46,434 nt of DNA from Craspedostauros australis (GCA_030167865.1 JALAGF010002467.1:1-46434), one strand, 5' to 3'. Shown: positions 22,101 through 31,379, counted from the stretch's first letter. The notes: generated by a model from the letters alone, not told the origin. Program-made: numbers and translations.

Positions 22101-23010
22101 AGATACAACTTCCAGCTTGGATGCAGAGGATACGCTGTCTATGGAGATACTGGAAGCGTTGAGAAAGGCAGACGAAGCAGCGACGAGTGAAAATGTCGCA
22201 TCGTTGTCGGCAACTACAACGTACAAGCACGAATTGAAGGCCGGCGATCACATCACGTGGGATGTATGCCTGGAGACTTTTCCATTGCATGGAGTGCTTT
22301 CGTTGCACCCATCGATCGTCTATCGTGACATTGAAGTAGAGCAAGCCTCCAGCGATTGGCAAGATGAAGAGAAGAAGGACAGCGACAGCAGCAAAGCCGA
22401 CTCCACCGACAAGGGCAAGGCAGCATCAGGTGAGAGTGGCGGCAACAATGACAACAGCAACAAGAATGGCGACGATGAGGTCGCCAATGTTGTATTTTAC
22501 GGCGAATCGTTGAGATTATCCCCGTTGATCGGTGTGCAACCCTGTCCCTTCGTCTTCTTTCGTGATGGCAGCGGCGACATCGAAACTTTCCGGTTCCTGT
22601 GGTCCAGAATGCCGCATCAAATACACCCATTGCGATTGGTCAAGTACTCTCAAAGCGAAACAAGTGCGGACGATGAGAACTATCCAGTTCACAACGACGC
22701 AAGGCGAATCGCCGCGATATCATCCGTGCGGTTCGGAGGTGAATCCATCCCCCGAGGCCAAGTCACGCGGCTCTGGGCCTTCATGTCGCTGCAAGGGCAG
22801 CGCGTGTTTTGCGTGTTGGCGCATTCTGCGGAGGCCGGGTCTGCCAAATCCAGCAGTGGCATGGAGCCGACGTTGCACATCCGTTCCGATGATGTTCGGC
22901 TGATGCAGTGTCTGGTGGGGACCAAATGGGCCCGCGCAGCGACCGTGTCGGCGTTGGTGCCGCACTTGCAACCAGCTCCGATCAAGGAGACCTCCAGAGG
23001 CTCCGTGTAA
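19123..23010 (+). CDS. Large HEAT/alpha-solenoid + appendage protein, TPLATE/beta-COP-like adaptor large subunit (tentative)
   Basis: Intronless ORF of about 1295 aa from the first ATG. HEAT-like repeats (ALDDPDEGVAATALESLG). C-terminal appendage motifs VTGGSD...RLHNTT...VRLQVG, FRFLWSRMP and LHIRSDD. The CDS itself is secure; the family call is tentative. Confidence 0.65.
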   Translation: MTSLNDNHSRDGSLGVSMHRGSKQGNSNGNGRGRGEVATMGSPMLRQSFPAAILDPAQQLSALRDNHSAYSAVAKSCLHLSQYAGNGSHASSEDTGSVQFSSLFHDTAYAETMNTVFAALMECIKTHDDRRARIAASRTLAFMARSTYARIRHSPHLFAMRESVVNRLEDDVGTEVPTALCTAALDDPDEGVAATALESLGIMTLSSLDTPGTLVEDELTKEILSLTSAKAAPHAPTLSQISDEDPTIPQTELQSRIFGNVIAPRLLQLVCRATAFESFKNVERILPMLTASLVHQSKVMPLKGFGMDRTTHTKRWGELDFVSMVDDIINDLLIPMMRSHHAGHVAKTVALCTIRLIHACPQASWIEQACQWTLLVLQEDYAMSRDTEARMSCLAAMLICCRAQDIGTRSTALRFIAEKLISDIPSTKIAPPNICSAGLMLQARGVSQYRIPARAALLAEICLSFLVDGQGGAAMQDTTNHSKAFDAFMKSTTFAKAIKETQDGKPTAIREEIILAFCMAAVGVGRSYRQPRNSKKSGHLVVTSSQENFDEWQRMSVSILNAFETCVGWGSSPSYMEEEITLTVAAQASYVRLVQELLHGSGLLGSVSVSLRMAPTASPPNMLWDQMEESAAFLGRFDAVGSSTFMPEPISSLLHKLVQKEIKGQGIVSHHMRLFLLSLAADSWVQARYHAIQGDYNSSGSQASISASDIDLKGAKDLLQALSPRRVFSKVVESQKGEFEQYTKKKKELYKKYAQDTVTVCVACIENIALSACDWRKRFGASDETKQILTSSVISLQGKSGDAESQAPVLPVCQGAIERIQAQFSNPDASNPDALSLSPLVTNVNELERRPVVTAARSQQGPDMYKRGYLTQMLRQVIAGRIDQATLSLPTVYSLNAPVRKQNFLRLSTPPLPEHRISPVSMENIPRFAWLSNVSSVTGGSDASSVMLAYSMRRNLRYDGENEFRLSVSMRLHNTTPVDIENGVRLQVGIAQEDTTSSLDAEDTLSMEILEALRKADEAATSENVASLSATTTYKHELKAGDHITWDVCLETFPLHGVLSLHPSIVYRDIEVEQASSDWQDEEKKDSDSSKADSTDKGKAASGESGGNNDNSNKNGDDEVANVVFYGESLRLSPLIGVQPCPFVFFRDGSGDIETFRFLWSRMPHQIHPLRLVKYSQSETSADDENYPVHNDARRIAAISSVRFGGESIPRGQVTRLWAFMSLQGQRVFCVLAHSAEAGSAKSSSGMEPTLHIRSDDVRLMQCLVGTKWARAATVSALVPHLQPAPIKETSRGSV

Positions 23011-23082
23011 ATGAAGGAAAGTTCGGATGCCGTACGTACTGGTGAACTAGCGACGATCAGTATGCGTGATGTACTCCAGAAA

Positions 23083-23101
23083 AGAGAGAGAGAGAGAGAG
23101 A
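23083..23101. repeat. (AG)n microsatellite
   Basis: About 9 AG units downstream of the 19123-23010 gene. Confidence 0.85.
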
Positions 23102-23364
23102 TGTATTTGTGAGTCGGCCCATGAGCTGAGTATTCAACTATTATTTGAGCCATTCAACTGTACAACTCGACGGTATTCGACTGAATCATATTGAGCTCGA
23201 TTGATTGAAACTGGACTTCATCTTGCCGTTGCGGGGCTGCGTTGGACGCACAACTCGATGGTATCCTCCTGTTGTATTAAGACTATTGTAAGAGCATATC
23301 CGATTTAGCATTCGCACATTCGTGCCACAACGAAAAAGGAAACACGATCGCTGCCTGGTCTCTG

Positions 23365-24960
23365 CTAAATTCTTTCCCCCACATTCATCTTATCCATCAA
23401 CCGTTTCAAACTGCGTGGAGAGTTGAATGTTGGGTGAATGACTGTGCCGCCAGAATGGTCCGCATCGCAAAGAATGAAGTCCGGATTGATTCGAAGTTGC
23501 CGTCGGCGCTGTTTCTTGGGTGGCTGTTGTTGCTGTTGCTGTTCTTGATTGGAGCGGCTGCTGTTGGTGGGTACCAGAATCCGAGTGACCTTCTTGCCAT
23601 TTCCAGATTTGATCTTCTTCTTTTGTGCCAAAGGGCGCGCAGAAACCTTATTCTGGTCTGGTCGTTTCGGGTTGGAGGTGGACTGCGTTTGGACTTGGTG
23701 CTGGCCATCAGGTTTACCTCCCATCTTGAGGCAAGCAGCCTCGAACCCAACCGCGGCGACCCAGATAGTTGCATCCTGGGACAGAGGTTTATGGTCGATT
23801 GGTTTGATGGTGGATTGGCGTTGAGAGAGATGCGTGGAATGCAACGCGCTTGATGGAGCAGAGCCAACATTCATGGATGGCGGGTCCATGATTTGCAGCC
23901 ATACTGGCACAAGGGAGTAGATGTTTCGAAGATGAGAGGAAAGTGCCGTTGCTGTATCATTCGGAAACAGTTTAGTGATATCCGAGAATATGAGCACGCA
24001 TGCTGGCGATTCGGCAATTGATTCTTGGTTGAGACGATTGGATGCGACCTGTGCTGCCGCATTTCGCCCCTTCAGGATGCCATGGATGTGCTTGTGCAAC
24101 GCATCTGCCACGCGCAAGCACTCTTTGAGGCTGCCTGATCGATGAACATCGCGTGCACTATCTTCTGTTTCGATGGCCATTGAGTCAGCGGGAGGATTCG
24201 GCTCACGGCTCTGCTTCCCGACAGCTGCAGTTGTCGCTGCTTCTTTTTGAGCTCGAAGATTGCTGGTGCGCTTGGAGGCCTCGATGCCGCGCATCTCACG
24301 CAGACTCTGGCGGACACGGCGGCTAGTTTGCGCGCTGACGCCATTCTCCTCCGCTTCCTTCCCGAGTCTTCTCATCTCCTTCCGTCGATTGCCTTGGAAT
24401 GGATGCAAGGTGAGGTACATGGTTCCATTCTCCCCATCTTGCTGCTGCTGTGGTTGCTGTTGCTGATTAGTGTTCGTCCGTCCAGCCACTCCAGCACGCA
24501 GTTCCGCGATCGCATGATGCACCGTCTCAGCAAACCTGTACAAAATCCCATCGCTCACGCAAATCAGATCGTGCCACATCCTGCAATCTCTCGCAGCCAG
24601 TTCGGGAGGCACTGCGACTTGGCTTGTCAAATGTTGCTGCGTTGATGTTGATGTTGATGTCGATGTTGACGGTTTGGGATCAGGCAAGGTAAGCTTGGAG
24701 ACCAAAGTCCGGAATTCAGCGAATGTCATGCGATGACCTGTGGTGCTTTGCAGGAAATGAGGTAGCAGCTTCCCCTCCAGCTTCAGCAGGCATTGCGTCT
24801 CGATGGCGATTTTCACCTTGTCATCATCCTTCGTTGCGTTGCTCGTTGTGGTGCCGTCGCCCTCCTGGCGTCGTCTTCTCTTGCCGCGCCCATTTCGTGG
24901 TGACTCCGTGACCTCCTTCGGCCGACGTTTCCCATTTTCTGGCTTGGGTGACTGCATCAT
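23365..24960 (-). CDS. Hypothetical nuclear protein, weak resemblance to CDT1 winged-helix domains
   Basis: Open 531-codon frame from ATG 24960. Basic NLS-like clusters (GKRRRR, KKQRRR) and globular segments separated by Q/S/T low-complexity linkers. Confidence 0.6.
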   Translation of the reverse strand: MMQSPKPENGKRRPKEVTESPRNGRGKRRRRQEGDGTTTSNATKDDDKVKIAIETQCLLKLEGKLLPHFLQSTTGHRMTFAEFRTLVSKLTLPDPKPSTSTSTSTSTQQHLTSQVAVPPELAARDCRMWHDLICVSDGILYRFAETVHHAIAELRAGVAGRTNTNQQQQPQQQQDGENGTMYLTLHPFQGNRRKEMRRLGKEAEENGVSAQTSRRVRQSLREMRGIEASKRTSNLRAQKEAATTAAVGKQSREPNPPADSMAIETEDSARDVHRSGSLKECLRVADALHKHIHGILKGRNAAAQVASNRLNQESIAESPACVLIFSDITKLFPNDTATALSSHLRNIYSLVPVWLQIMDPPSMNVGSAPSSALHSTHLSQRQSTIKPIDHKPLSQDATIWVAAVGFEAACLKMGGKPDGQHQVQTQSTSNPKRPDQNKVSARPLAQKKKIKSGNGKKVTRILVPTNSSRSNQEQQQQQQPPKKQRRRQLRINPDFILCDADHSGGTVIHPTFNSPRSLKRLMDKMNVGERI

Positions 24961-25533
24961 CGTGCTGTCGCTCCTCCTTCGCACGGTTTTGCATCGATCT
25001 TTGGAGCGTGGAGCACTCCGCGTTGTGCGTCTCTATTCTATTGCGTACGACTATGGCACACTCTATTCGTGTCTGCGTTTGTGTAGGTATGGTATGGCAC
25101 ACACGATCCTGAACTGAAGCTGCTGCGATACCGGAGACGTGCCTTCCTCACCAACGCCTCTGGTGTTGAGATTGCATCCAGACGAGAGTTTGGACGTGTT
25201 TTGTGGTCACTCACCTGTGATCTTTTGGGTTTGGTTGCGCGAGTCCGACGCAGATTTTCGTGATGGAAATTCCGACGGCGAACAAAAGTACTTCCTCTAT
25301 AGTACCGAAAGCGACCGCTGGTCGTGAGAGAATACGCTTCATTTAGTACTGTAACTTCTGTTACCACCATGTTGTGCGAACAGCACCATGACGGCTCTCG
25401 AACCACAAGAAGGGGTGTAGCGGAGCACCTGGCCATTGCGTTACCATTCAATTCCAAAGCTATTGTATTAGAGTATTGCGCGGCATTATATGTTAGAGAG
25501 CATGGGATGCTGCTGCTGCTGATACCCGCCGCT

Positions 25534-27384
25534 TCATTTGGATGACTTTGATTGGAAGAAGGAAGTGATTGGCTTCGTGCAACTCGCAGCGCGACTGACA
25601 TCGCCTGTTCGGGCGCGCTTGGCTTGGTGCTGCTTGGTGGAAGCAGATGATTGAGCCACCATGCCAGATGATGCGGAATCCGTCTCAAACAGATGTTGCT
25701 TGGCATCTTCAAAACCTTCGGCGCCAGTTCGATAGCGATGGGACCATTTTGTCGAGATGGATCGACCATCCCTGTCTGGCTTGTCGCCCCAGCCGAAGCA
25801 CCACAGAATGCCGCTGTAGCTCGGCGGGGACAACCCGTCCAATGCGAAGCGGTCATTCAGACAGCACATTTGAAACAGGATGGCATCCGCGCTGTTGCCC
25901 GGAACGTCCGCCATCCAATGCACCGCCGTCTTGCCCCACGTCATGCGCGCGTTGTTGTGGAGCTCGCCAGTTTCGATGAGGTACGATTGCATCGCATTCC
26001 ATGTTGCATCGGCGGAGGTCGCACTTTCCAGCTGTTCGTACAAAGAAACCGCAGCAGGACCAACCGGAACGGACGTTGTTGATCCGTGTCCATCCGCATG
26101 GGATGGCCTTGATAGCTTCTTCTGTTTCCCACTCAGAAACGACACTGACCATTCAGGCAAAATCTGCGATCGATGGTATAGCGGCGTCGCAAAGGAATGG
26201 GCATAGCCATGTTCACGCCACTTCACAGCCTCTTCCAAGAACTTGTCGCAGCCTACTGCAAGCCCTGTCCTATTGGCTTTGGCGTCCCATACCTGCGAGA
26301 TGACGTCGAAGATGGAGAGAATCCCCAGATTCAAGTAGCATGACGCCCGGCTGACTGCATGCACGAGGACGATCTGATTGCGACGCTTGGCGTAGTTCTG
26401 CAAATGGTACTGCAGGAAGTCCTTCCATCGCTTCTTGGCACATGCTTCGGATCCGTGAGTTTGTGGAGATGGCGGAACTGATGTGTCCACGCCGTACTCC
26501 TTTCCGACTGTCATGACCCATTCCTTTGGAACCGTTGCCAACAATTCATCGGCTGTCCACGGGCGCTTGGATGGCGCGATGTTTTCGACCCTTCTCCAGT
26601 TCGGCGGGATGGCATCCAGTATGGTGGTGCAGATGGGATCGGAGTGTTCTCGCGACAGCAGGAAGAAACCCTTGGGTAGCTTTATTTCTAGGATCGGTGC
26701 GTCGAGAGAACGGTCACGTACAGCGCTGTACACCTGGCTGCGGCGTCCGGCGTTGGTGTTCTTCTCCCACATCCATGCCTTCTTCGGCACGCCATTAAAG
26801 TACATGACGCCGTCCTTCTGCTTCACGAACTGAAGTTTGATCCGCGGTGGAACTGTCGTGCTTCCGTCCACCGTCCACATGGCAACGTCCGCCCCGATGC
26901 AGGCCTTCGCAACACGTTGGACGCAGGTCCGGAATGGTGCCACGAAGGGTTCGTCCGCCACGACGGCGGCTGCTTTGTAGACCAGCTTGAGATGATCTGG
27001 CGTGCGTGCTCCTGGACCATGAACGCGGATGGCGACCCCTGCACCGTGCTCCTCCCATTGTCGGCAGCAAGATTGCAAGGCCTCCAAAATGAAGGCGTAC
27101 CGTCTGGCAGTATGGCAAATGGCCTTGCCGCCGACGTGTGAACGACCCGGTTCGAGGTGCTCGTCATCGAGGACGGTGCACAGCACCAGCACGTTGCACT
27201 GCAGTTGGTTTGCCAATCGGCAGGCAAGCGCGAAGCCTGGATTGTGACGCTGGCGCAGCACGACGGTGGGAAGGTACAGAACGAACGATCTGCCAGGTTT
27301 CACTGACGCTGTCGAACAGTACAGCATCCTGTCAGCCAACGTCGACGGCAGCGAAGCCATGAACTGAGGATGGTCGAACGCCAT
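25534..27384 (-). CDS. Class II CPD photolyase-family protein
   Basis: N-terminal LRQRHNPGFALA / RYAFILEAL; SRASCYLNLGILS; FLEEAVKWRE; DATWNAMQ...GELHNNARMTWGK...W; LNDRFALDGLSPPSYSGILWCFG..DKP. These match the class II FAD-binding region. Confidence 0.9.
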   Translation of the reverse strand: MAFDHPQFMASLPSTLADRMLYCSTASVKPGRSFVLYLPTVVLRQRHNPGFALACRLANQLQCNVLVLCTVLDDEHLEPGRSHVGGKAICHTARRYAFILEALQSCCRQWEEHGAGVAIRVHGPGARTPDHLKLVYKAAAVVADEPFVAPFRTCVQRVAKACIGADVAMWTVDGSTTVPPRIKLQFVKQKDGVMYFNGVPKKAWMWEKNTNAGRRSQVYSAVRDRSLDAPILEIKLPKGFFLLSREHSDPICTTILDAIPPNWRRVENIAPSKRPWTADELLATVPKEWVMTVGKEYGVDTSVPPSPQTHGSEACAKKRWKDFLQYHLQNYAKRRNQIVLVHAVSRASCYLNLGILSIFDVISQVWDAKANRTGLAVGCDKFLEEAVKWREHGYAHSFATPLYHRSQILPEWSVSFLSGKQKKLSRPSHADGHGSTTSVPVGPAAVSLYEQLESATSADATWNAMQSYLIETGELHNNARMTWGKTAVHWMADVPGNSADAILFQMCCLNDRFALDGLSPPSYSGILWCFGWGDKPDRDGRSISTKWSHRYRTGAEGFEDAKQHLFETDSASSGMVAQSSASTKQHQAKRARTGDVSRAASCTKPITSFFQSKSSK

Positions 27385-27986
27385 GGCGTACTAGTCCTGC
27401 TCTATTCTATGCTGTCCTGCGGATTCCGTTCGACGTTGGAGACAAGACCATACTTGTGCAAGTATGTACCTATAATACCAGTGAATGCCCAGGTCTCTCT
27501 GTTTGCATGTTCCTCTCTGGCCTCCGTCGTGTCATGTTGCGGAGTTGTGATGTAGATCATCGTGCGTGTGTGTCGCTTTGCCTTCGTTTCCAAAAATGAA
27601 TCAGAGAAGGAAGGTATCTTTAGTACCGACAAATATCTCAATACTGTACCACATGAAGCATGTACTACTCAGGAGGTATGTCAATATGACGTCACCGACC
27701 GTGTTCGCTCACAAATTTCGTACGTGTCGCGTTGATTGGCTTCAACAACGCCGATGACAAGACGGAAAGAAAGAGGCGAAAGACACAGAAGGCAGCTGCG
27801 ATCCAAACTGAGCAATGGAGAAGGAGTTGACGTCGACGAAGAGAAGAGAAGAAAGCGAGAGCAATGGACAGAATGCTTCTCTCTTCAGAGAGTATGTACA
27901 CCTGTCCACACAGCCACAAAAAGAAACAGCGACCTCCATCGGCGTCATCAGTGTAGCTGCCAGGTGCCCACTTCAACAACTTCATC

Positions 27987-28983
27987 ATGCAAACCATTGC
28001 CCAAGTCTCTCTCCTGCTGCTGGTGGCGGTCATCTGTTCATCGGTCAGATCCACCTCAGCATTCGTTGCTACGAGCACATCTGGTGGTGTTTCCACACAG
28101 CTCGCAGCCGAATCTAGCAATGCCAACCGACGTGCCTTCCTGGGTGCGATGGGAGGCATCGCCTCTGCAGTCGCCACCACCAACGCACCGGCCTTTGCCG
28201 AGCAGGCCAAGGAATACCGACAGGGCATCGAGGTGAACGCCTTCAACGGATTGATCTTCAACTACAGAGGTGGTTCGTTCAATGGATTGGATGAGGATGA
28301 TCTGGCGGAACCGTCGGTGACATACTCCGAATTCAACCGACGATTGAAGGCTGGCGAGGTTGCCTTTGTGGAGTTCATGGCACCGTAAGTTCTGGGCTGG
28401 TCTTCTCAAACGTTGTAGAGCGGAGCGGAGCAGAGTGGAACGTACAATACTCGGTTCATGCCCTATGTGGGATGACATCAAATTGCTCTGCAGAGCACTG
28501 AGCAGCGTTGCTCATTGGATGTTTGCTTGGTTTCTACGACAGTTCCAATTCGGGCATTGGAAGATCTTGTGCAAAGCAGAAATACAATACAACTGTTCTG
28601 CAATTGGACCACATGTGACCAACCTGCCACATGCATCTGTGTATCCGTACATCGCGTGCTAACCTCCCAATAATTGCCCCATCTCTTCTATGTTGAATGC
28701 TCGTGAACATTCATTCATTTGTCTTCGTGCTCGACGGCAATCCTTGCATCCCCGCTTTTCATTTCTTTCACGCAACAGAGACGGTGATGCCGCCTACGTG
28801 ACATTCAAGGCAAGCGAAGCCGATGCCACCCCCAAGCCAATCCGCATCGGCGAAGGATACCCAATTGAGCAGCACGATGGATACTCGAGTCCCATGTTCT
28901 GCGTCAAGACTGTCGCGAAGGCAGGCGTGCCATACAAGTTCACGGTGCCAGGCATGGCCAAATTCCAGGCGATGGCCAAATAG
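27987..28983 (+). CDS. Thylakoid-lumen-targeted small protein with an FtsH lumenal-domain-like segment; exons 27987-28384 and 28779-28983
   Basis: Signal + STSA-FVA, transit peptide, twin-Arg thylakoid signal (NRRAFLG...APAFA). GT-AG intron at 28385-28778 joins FMAP|DGDAAYVTF in frame. Confidence 0.75.
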
Positions 28984-29286
28984 TGGCATTGTGCACCCAC
29001 AAGCGGGCTTGGCGGATGCAGACAGTAGTGCGCCTGCATGCACAGACAATCAGATGATGATATCCATTTGAGTTCCATGCAAGTGGTCGTAACACGATTT
29101 GGTGGCAGTATCCGTAATGTAGAGCACTCTACTCTACGTCGCTACAGGACGCAAACTCATTGAAGTCAAATAGTACTCGTCGCATTGTCGGAAAAGTAAC
29201 AAAGGTCGAAAACTATCATACTTTACAGTAGTGCTCTAAGGAGTATTCGATATGGTTCAAAGCCACTCCAAGCTACGTCGACGCCA

Positions 29287-30984
29287 CTACGGCCGTTGTA
29301 TCCGATCCGCCATTTCTAAAGACAGGTGCTTGAGATCGGCTTGGATATCGTGCGTGATGAAGTATTGGTCTTCGCGCGCTTCCTCGATACCGAGCAGCAA
29401 TTCATTCAACGGCAGATTGGCGGCAACCTCCTCCTCCTCTCCTATCATGTCACTGTTCTGCTGCCCGCCTTCCTCCTTGAGCGTGTGGTAGACGTGACAC
29501 GGCAATTCTAACTTGAGATTGTTGTAGGCGTCGCCTTCGCACACAACTATGTCGACCTGCAACGACACGGTGCATTCCACAATGTCCGTCGACAGCGTGC
29601 AGGGCGCATCCAACGGCAGCAGCATGCTGGCGCCGACCCGATCCGTCATGCCGGGTTCCACAAGGGAATGGCACGTATCAAAGACGAAGGTGCGAGTCTT
29701 TTGGGTCTTGCGATTTTCGTAGACAGCCTTTTCTTCGCCGTGCAGGCAGGCGCTGACCTGGTAGCAGGGGATCCATTCGTCCTGGACGTGGTGCAGGTGC
29801 TGCGGGAAATCCCATTTGAGATGGACGCGGGAGCCGGGTATCATTTGAGAGCCGCCGACGACGGTGAGGACGCAGACGGGACGGCCCTCGTGGTTGGAGA
29901 CGCGCAGGGTCTGAAAGTCCGTGGCTCTGGGACGCAACGTGGATGCCGAAGAGATGGTCATCTGTCCTTGCGGTCGATGCTGGTCGGTGGGGGAGATATG
30001 CAGAGGGAGACCTATGGAATGCGCGATGCCGGTGCAGTTGCCGACCTTGAGACGACCGCTGGTAATGCGACGGTTACCGTCGGCGGGCGACGGCAGCTGG
30101 GTTGTGGAGGGGCTGGAGAGGAGGATGAAGGGCGTCTTGATGACCTTCTCTTGCGTGGGCGACTTAATGAGGACGTCGACGGAGTAGAAGTAGCGGCATG
30201 TGGTGGAGACGATGGTGTGCGGCAGATCGTTGGGTATGTCGACGCGGAATGTGTACGCCAACTGCTGAATTTGCTGCTCCTGCAGCGGCTTGTGATGTCC
30301 GATGGTCCGCTCCTCCAAATCGAAGACCTCGAGGCCGTTGGTGACCCAAAATACTACTGTGTCGCTATCCCCCGCCGTCAGCAAATCAGCATCGTAGCTC
30401 TGAAGGAGAGACTGGATGAGGGGATGCTTGCCATATAGCTTGGCGTACTGCGCAACGTTGTGCCATCTGGGATCGATGCGACAGCATCCAACGGCGAAGA
30501 CCGTGATGGAGGTGAGGGCATCGCGCAGCGAGTAGTCCGGGTTGGAGGACGACGTGACGCCAGGTGGTGGCGTGACGCGCAACGTGCCCACGACGCTCTG
30601 GCCCATACGGTAGCTCGATCGCGACAGCACGACCTCGAACTTGGGCAGTTTGGTGCTTTGCTGGGCATGCAGGGATTGCTGGAGTTGGGGCGTCTGCTGT
30701 TGTGGTTGTGGCCGTGGCCGTTGTCGCTGTCTCTGTCGTCCTTTGTGTTGCTGCGCGCTTGACGTCGATGATGTCTTTGCATCTCCCGGTGCGGCTACCG
30801 TTGCCACAGCCTCTGCCACCTTCCTCGTGAGCGTGATCGAGGAACGATCCAGCGACATGAGCTTGGAGGAGGCTGAGCCGTCGATGGGGCTGTTCTGCCT
30901 TGCGAGATGCGCCGAATTGGTTGGAGGCCTTGCCGGTTGTGATCCTCTCGACCTGCCTGCTGGTGGTTTCTTCCTTCTATCCAT
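29287..30984 (-). CDS. RGP1: Rgp1 family protein (Ric1-Rgp1 Rab6 GEF subunit, arrestin-like fold)
   Basis: ATG 30984. Arrestin-like segments: YRMGQSVVGTL, YTFRVDIPNDLPHT...RYFYSV, PCYQVSACLHGEE, LPLDAPCTLSTDIVECTVSLQVDIVV. Confidence 0.7.
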   Translation of the reverse strand: MDRRKKPPAGRSRGSQPARPPTNSAHLARQNSPIDGSASSKLMSLDRSSITLTRKVAEAVATVAAPGDAKTSSTSSAQQHKGRQRQRQRPRPQPQQQTPQLQQSLHAQQSTKLPKFEVVLSRSSYRMGQSVVGTLRVTPPPGVTSSSNPDYSLRDALTSITVFAVGCCRIDPRWHNVAQYAKLYGKHPLIQSLLQSYDADLLTAGDSDTVVFWVTNGLEVFDLEERTIGHHKPLQEQQIQQLAYTFRVDIPNDLPHTIVSTTCRYFYSVDVLIKSPTQEKVIKTPFILLSSPSTTQLPSPADGNRRITSGRLKVGNCTGIAHSIGLPLHISPTDQHRPQGQMTISSASTLRPRATDFQTLRVSNHEGRPVCVLTVVGGSQMIPGSRVHLKWDFPQHLHHVQDEWIPCYQVSACLHGEEKAVYENRKTQKTRTFVFDTCHSLVEPGMTDRVGASMLLPLDAPCTLSTDIVECTVSLQVDIVVCEGDAYNNLKLELPCHVYHTLKEEGGQQNSDMIGEEEEVAANLPLNELLLGIEEAREDQYFITHDIQADLKHLSLEMADRIQRP

Positions 30985-31379
30985 GTTGCTGTTGTTGCTA
31001 TCGTCGTTGCTGCTACCCTTGATGTGATTGTGCAAGGGAAGGGGTTGTTGTAATTGCTGTGATTGCTGTGATTGTTGTCGAGCGGTTTGGCAATTGGCGT
31101 TGAGATGTGTCTGCCAAAACTGTCGAAAAACAGGGGCAGAGGGGTGTTCTCGATCAGCCACCAACCTTCCTCGTGAATTCTTCGATCTTCCAATACCTAG
31201 CCGGCTGCCCACGATGGAGATGGGAAGTTGTCGGTGGGAGCATACAAGCACCACTCATGCATGCTCTCCTCTCTATCACAATGCTATTATATTATTCTAT
31301 ATAATACAATTAGATGAACAGCTACTCTCTCCAGAGACCATCACATAATCAAAGCATCGGAATAGTCGTTTGTTCGTAT

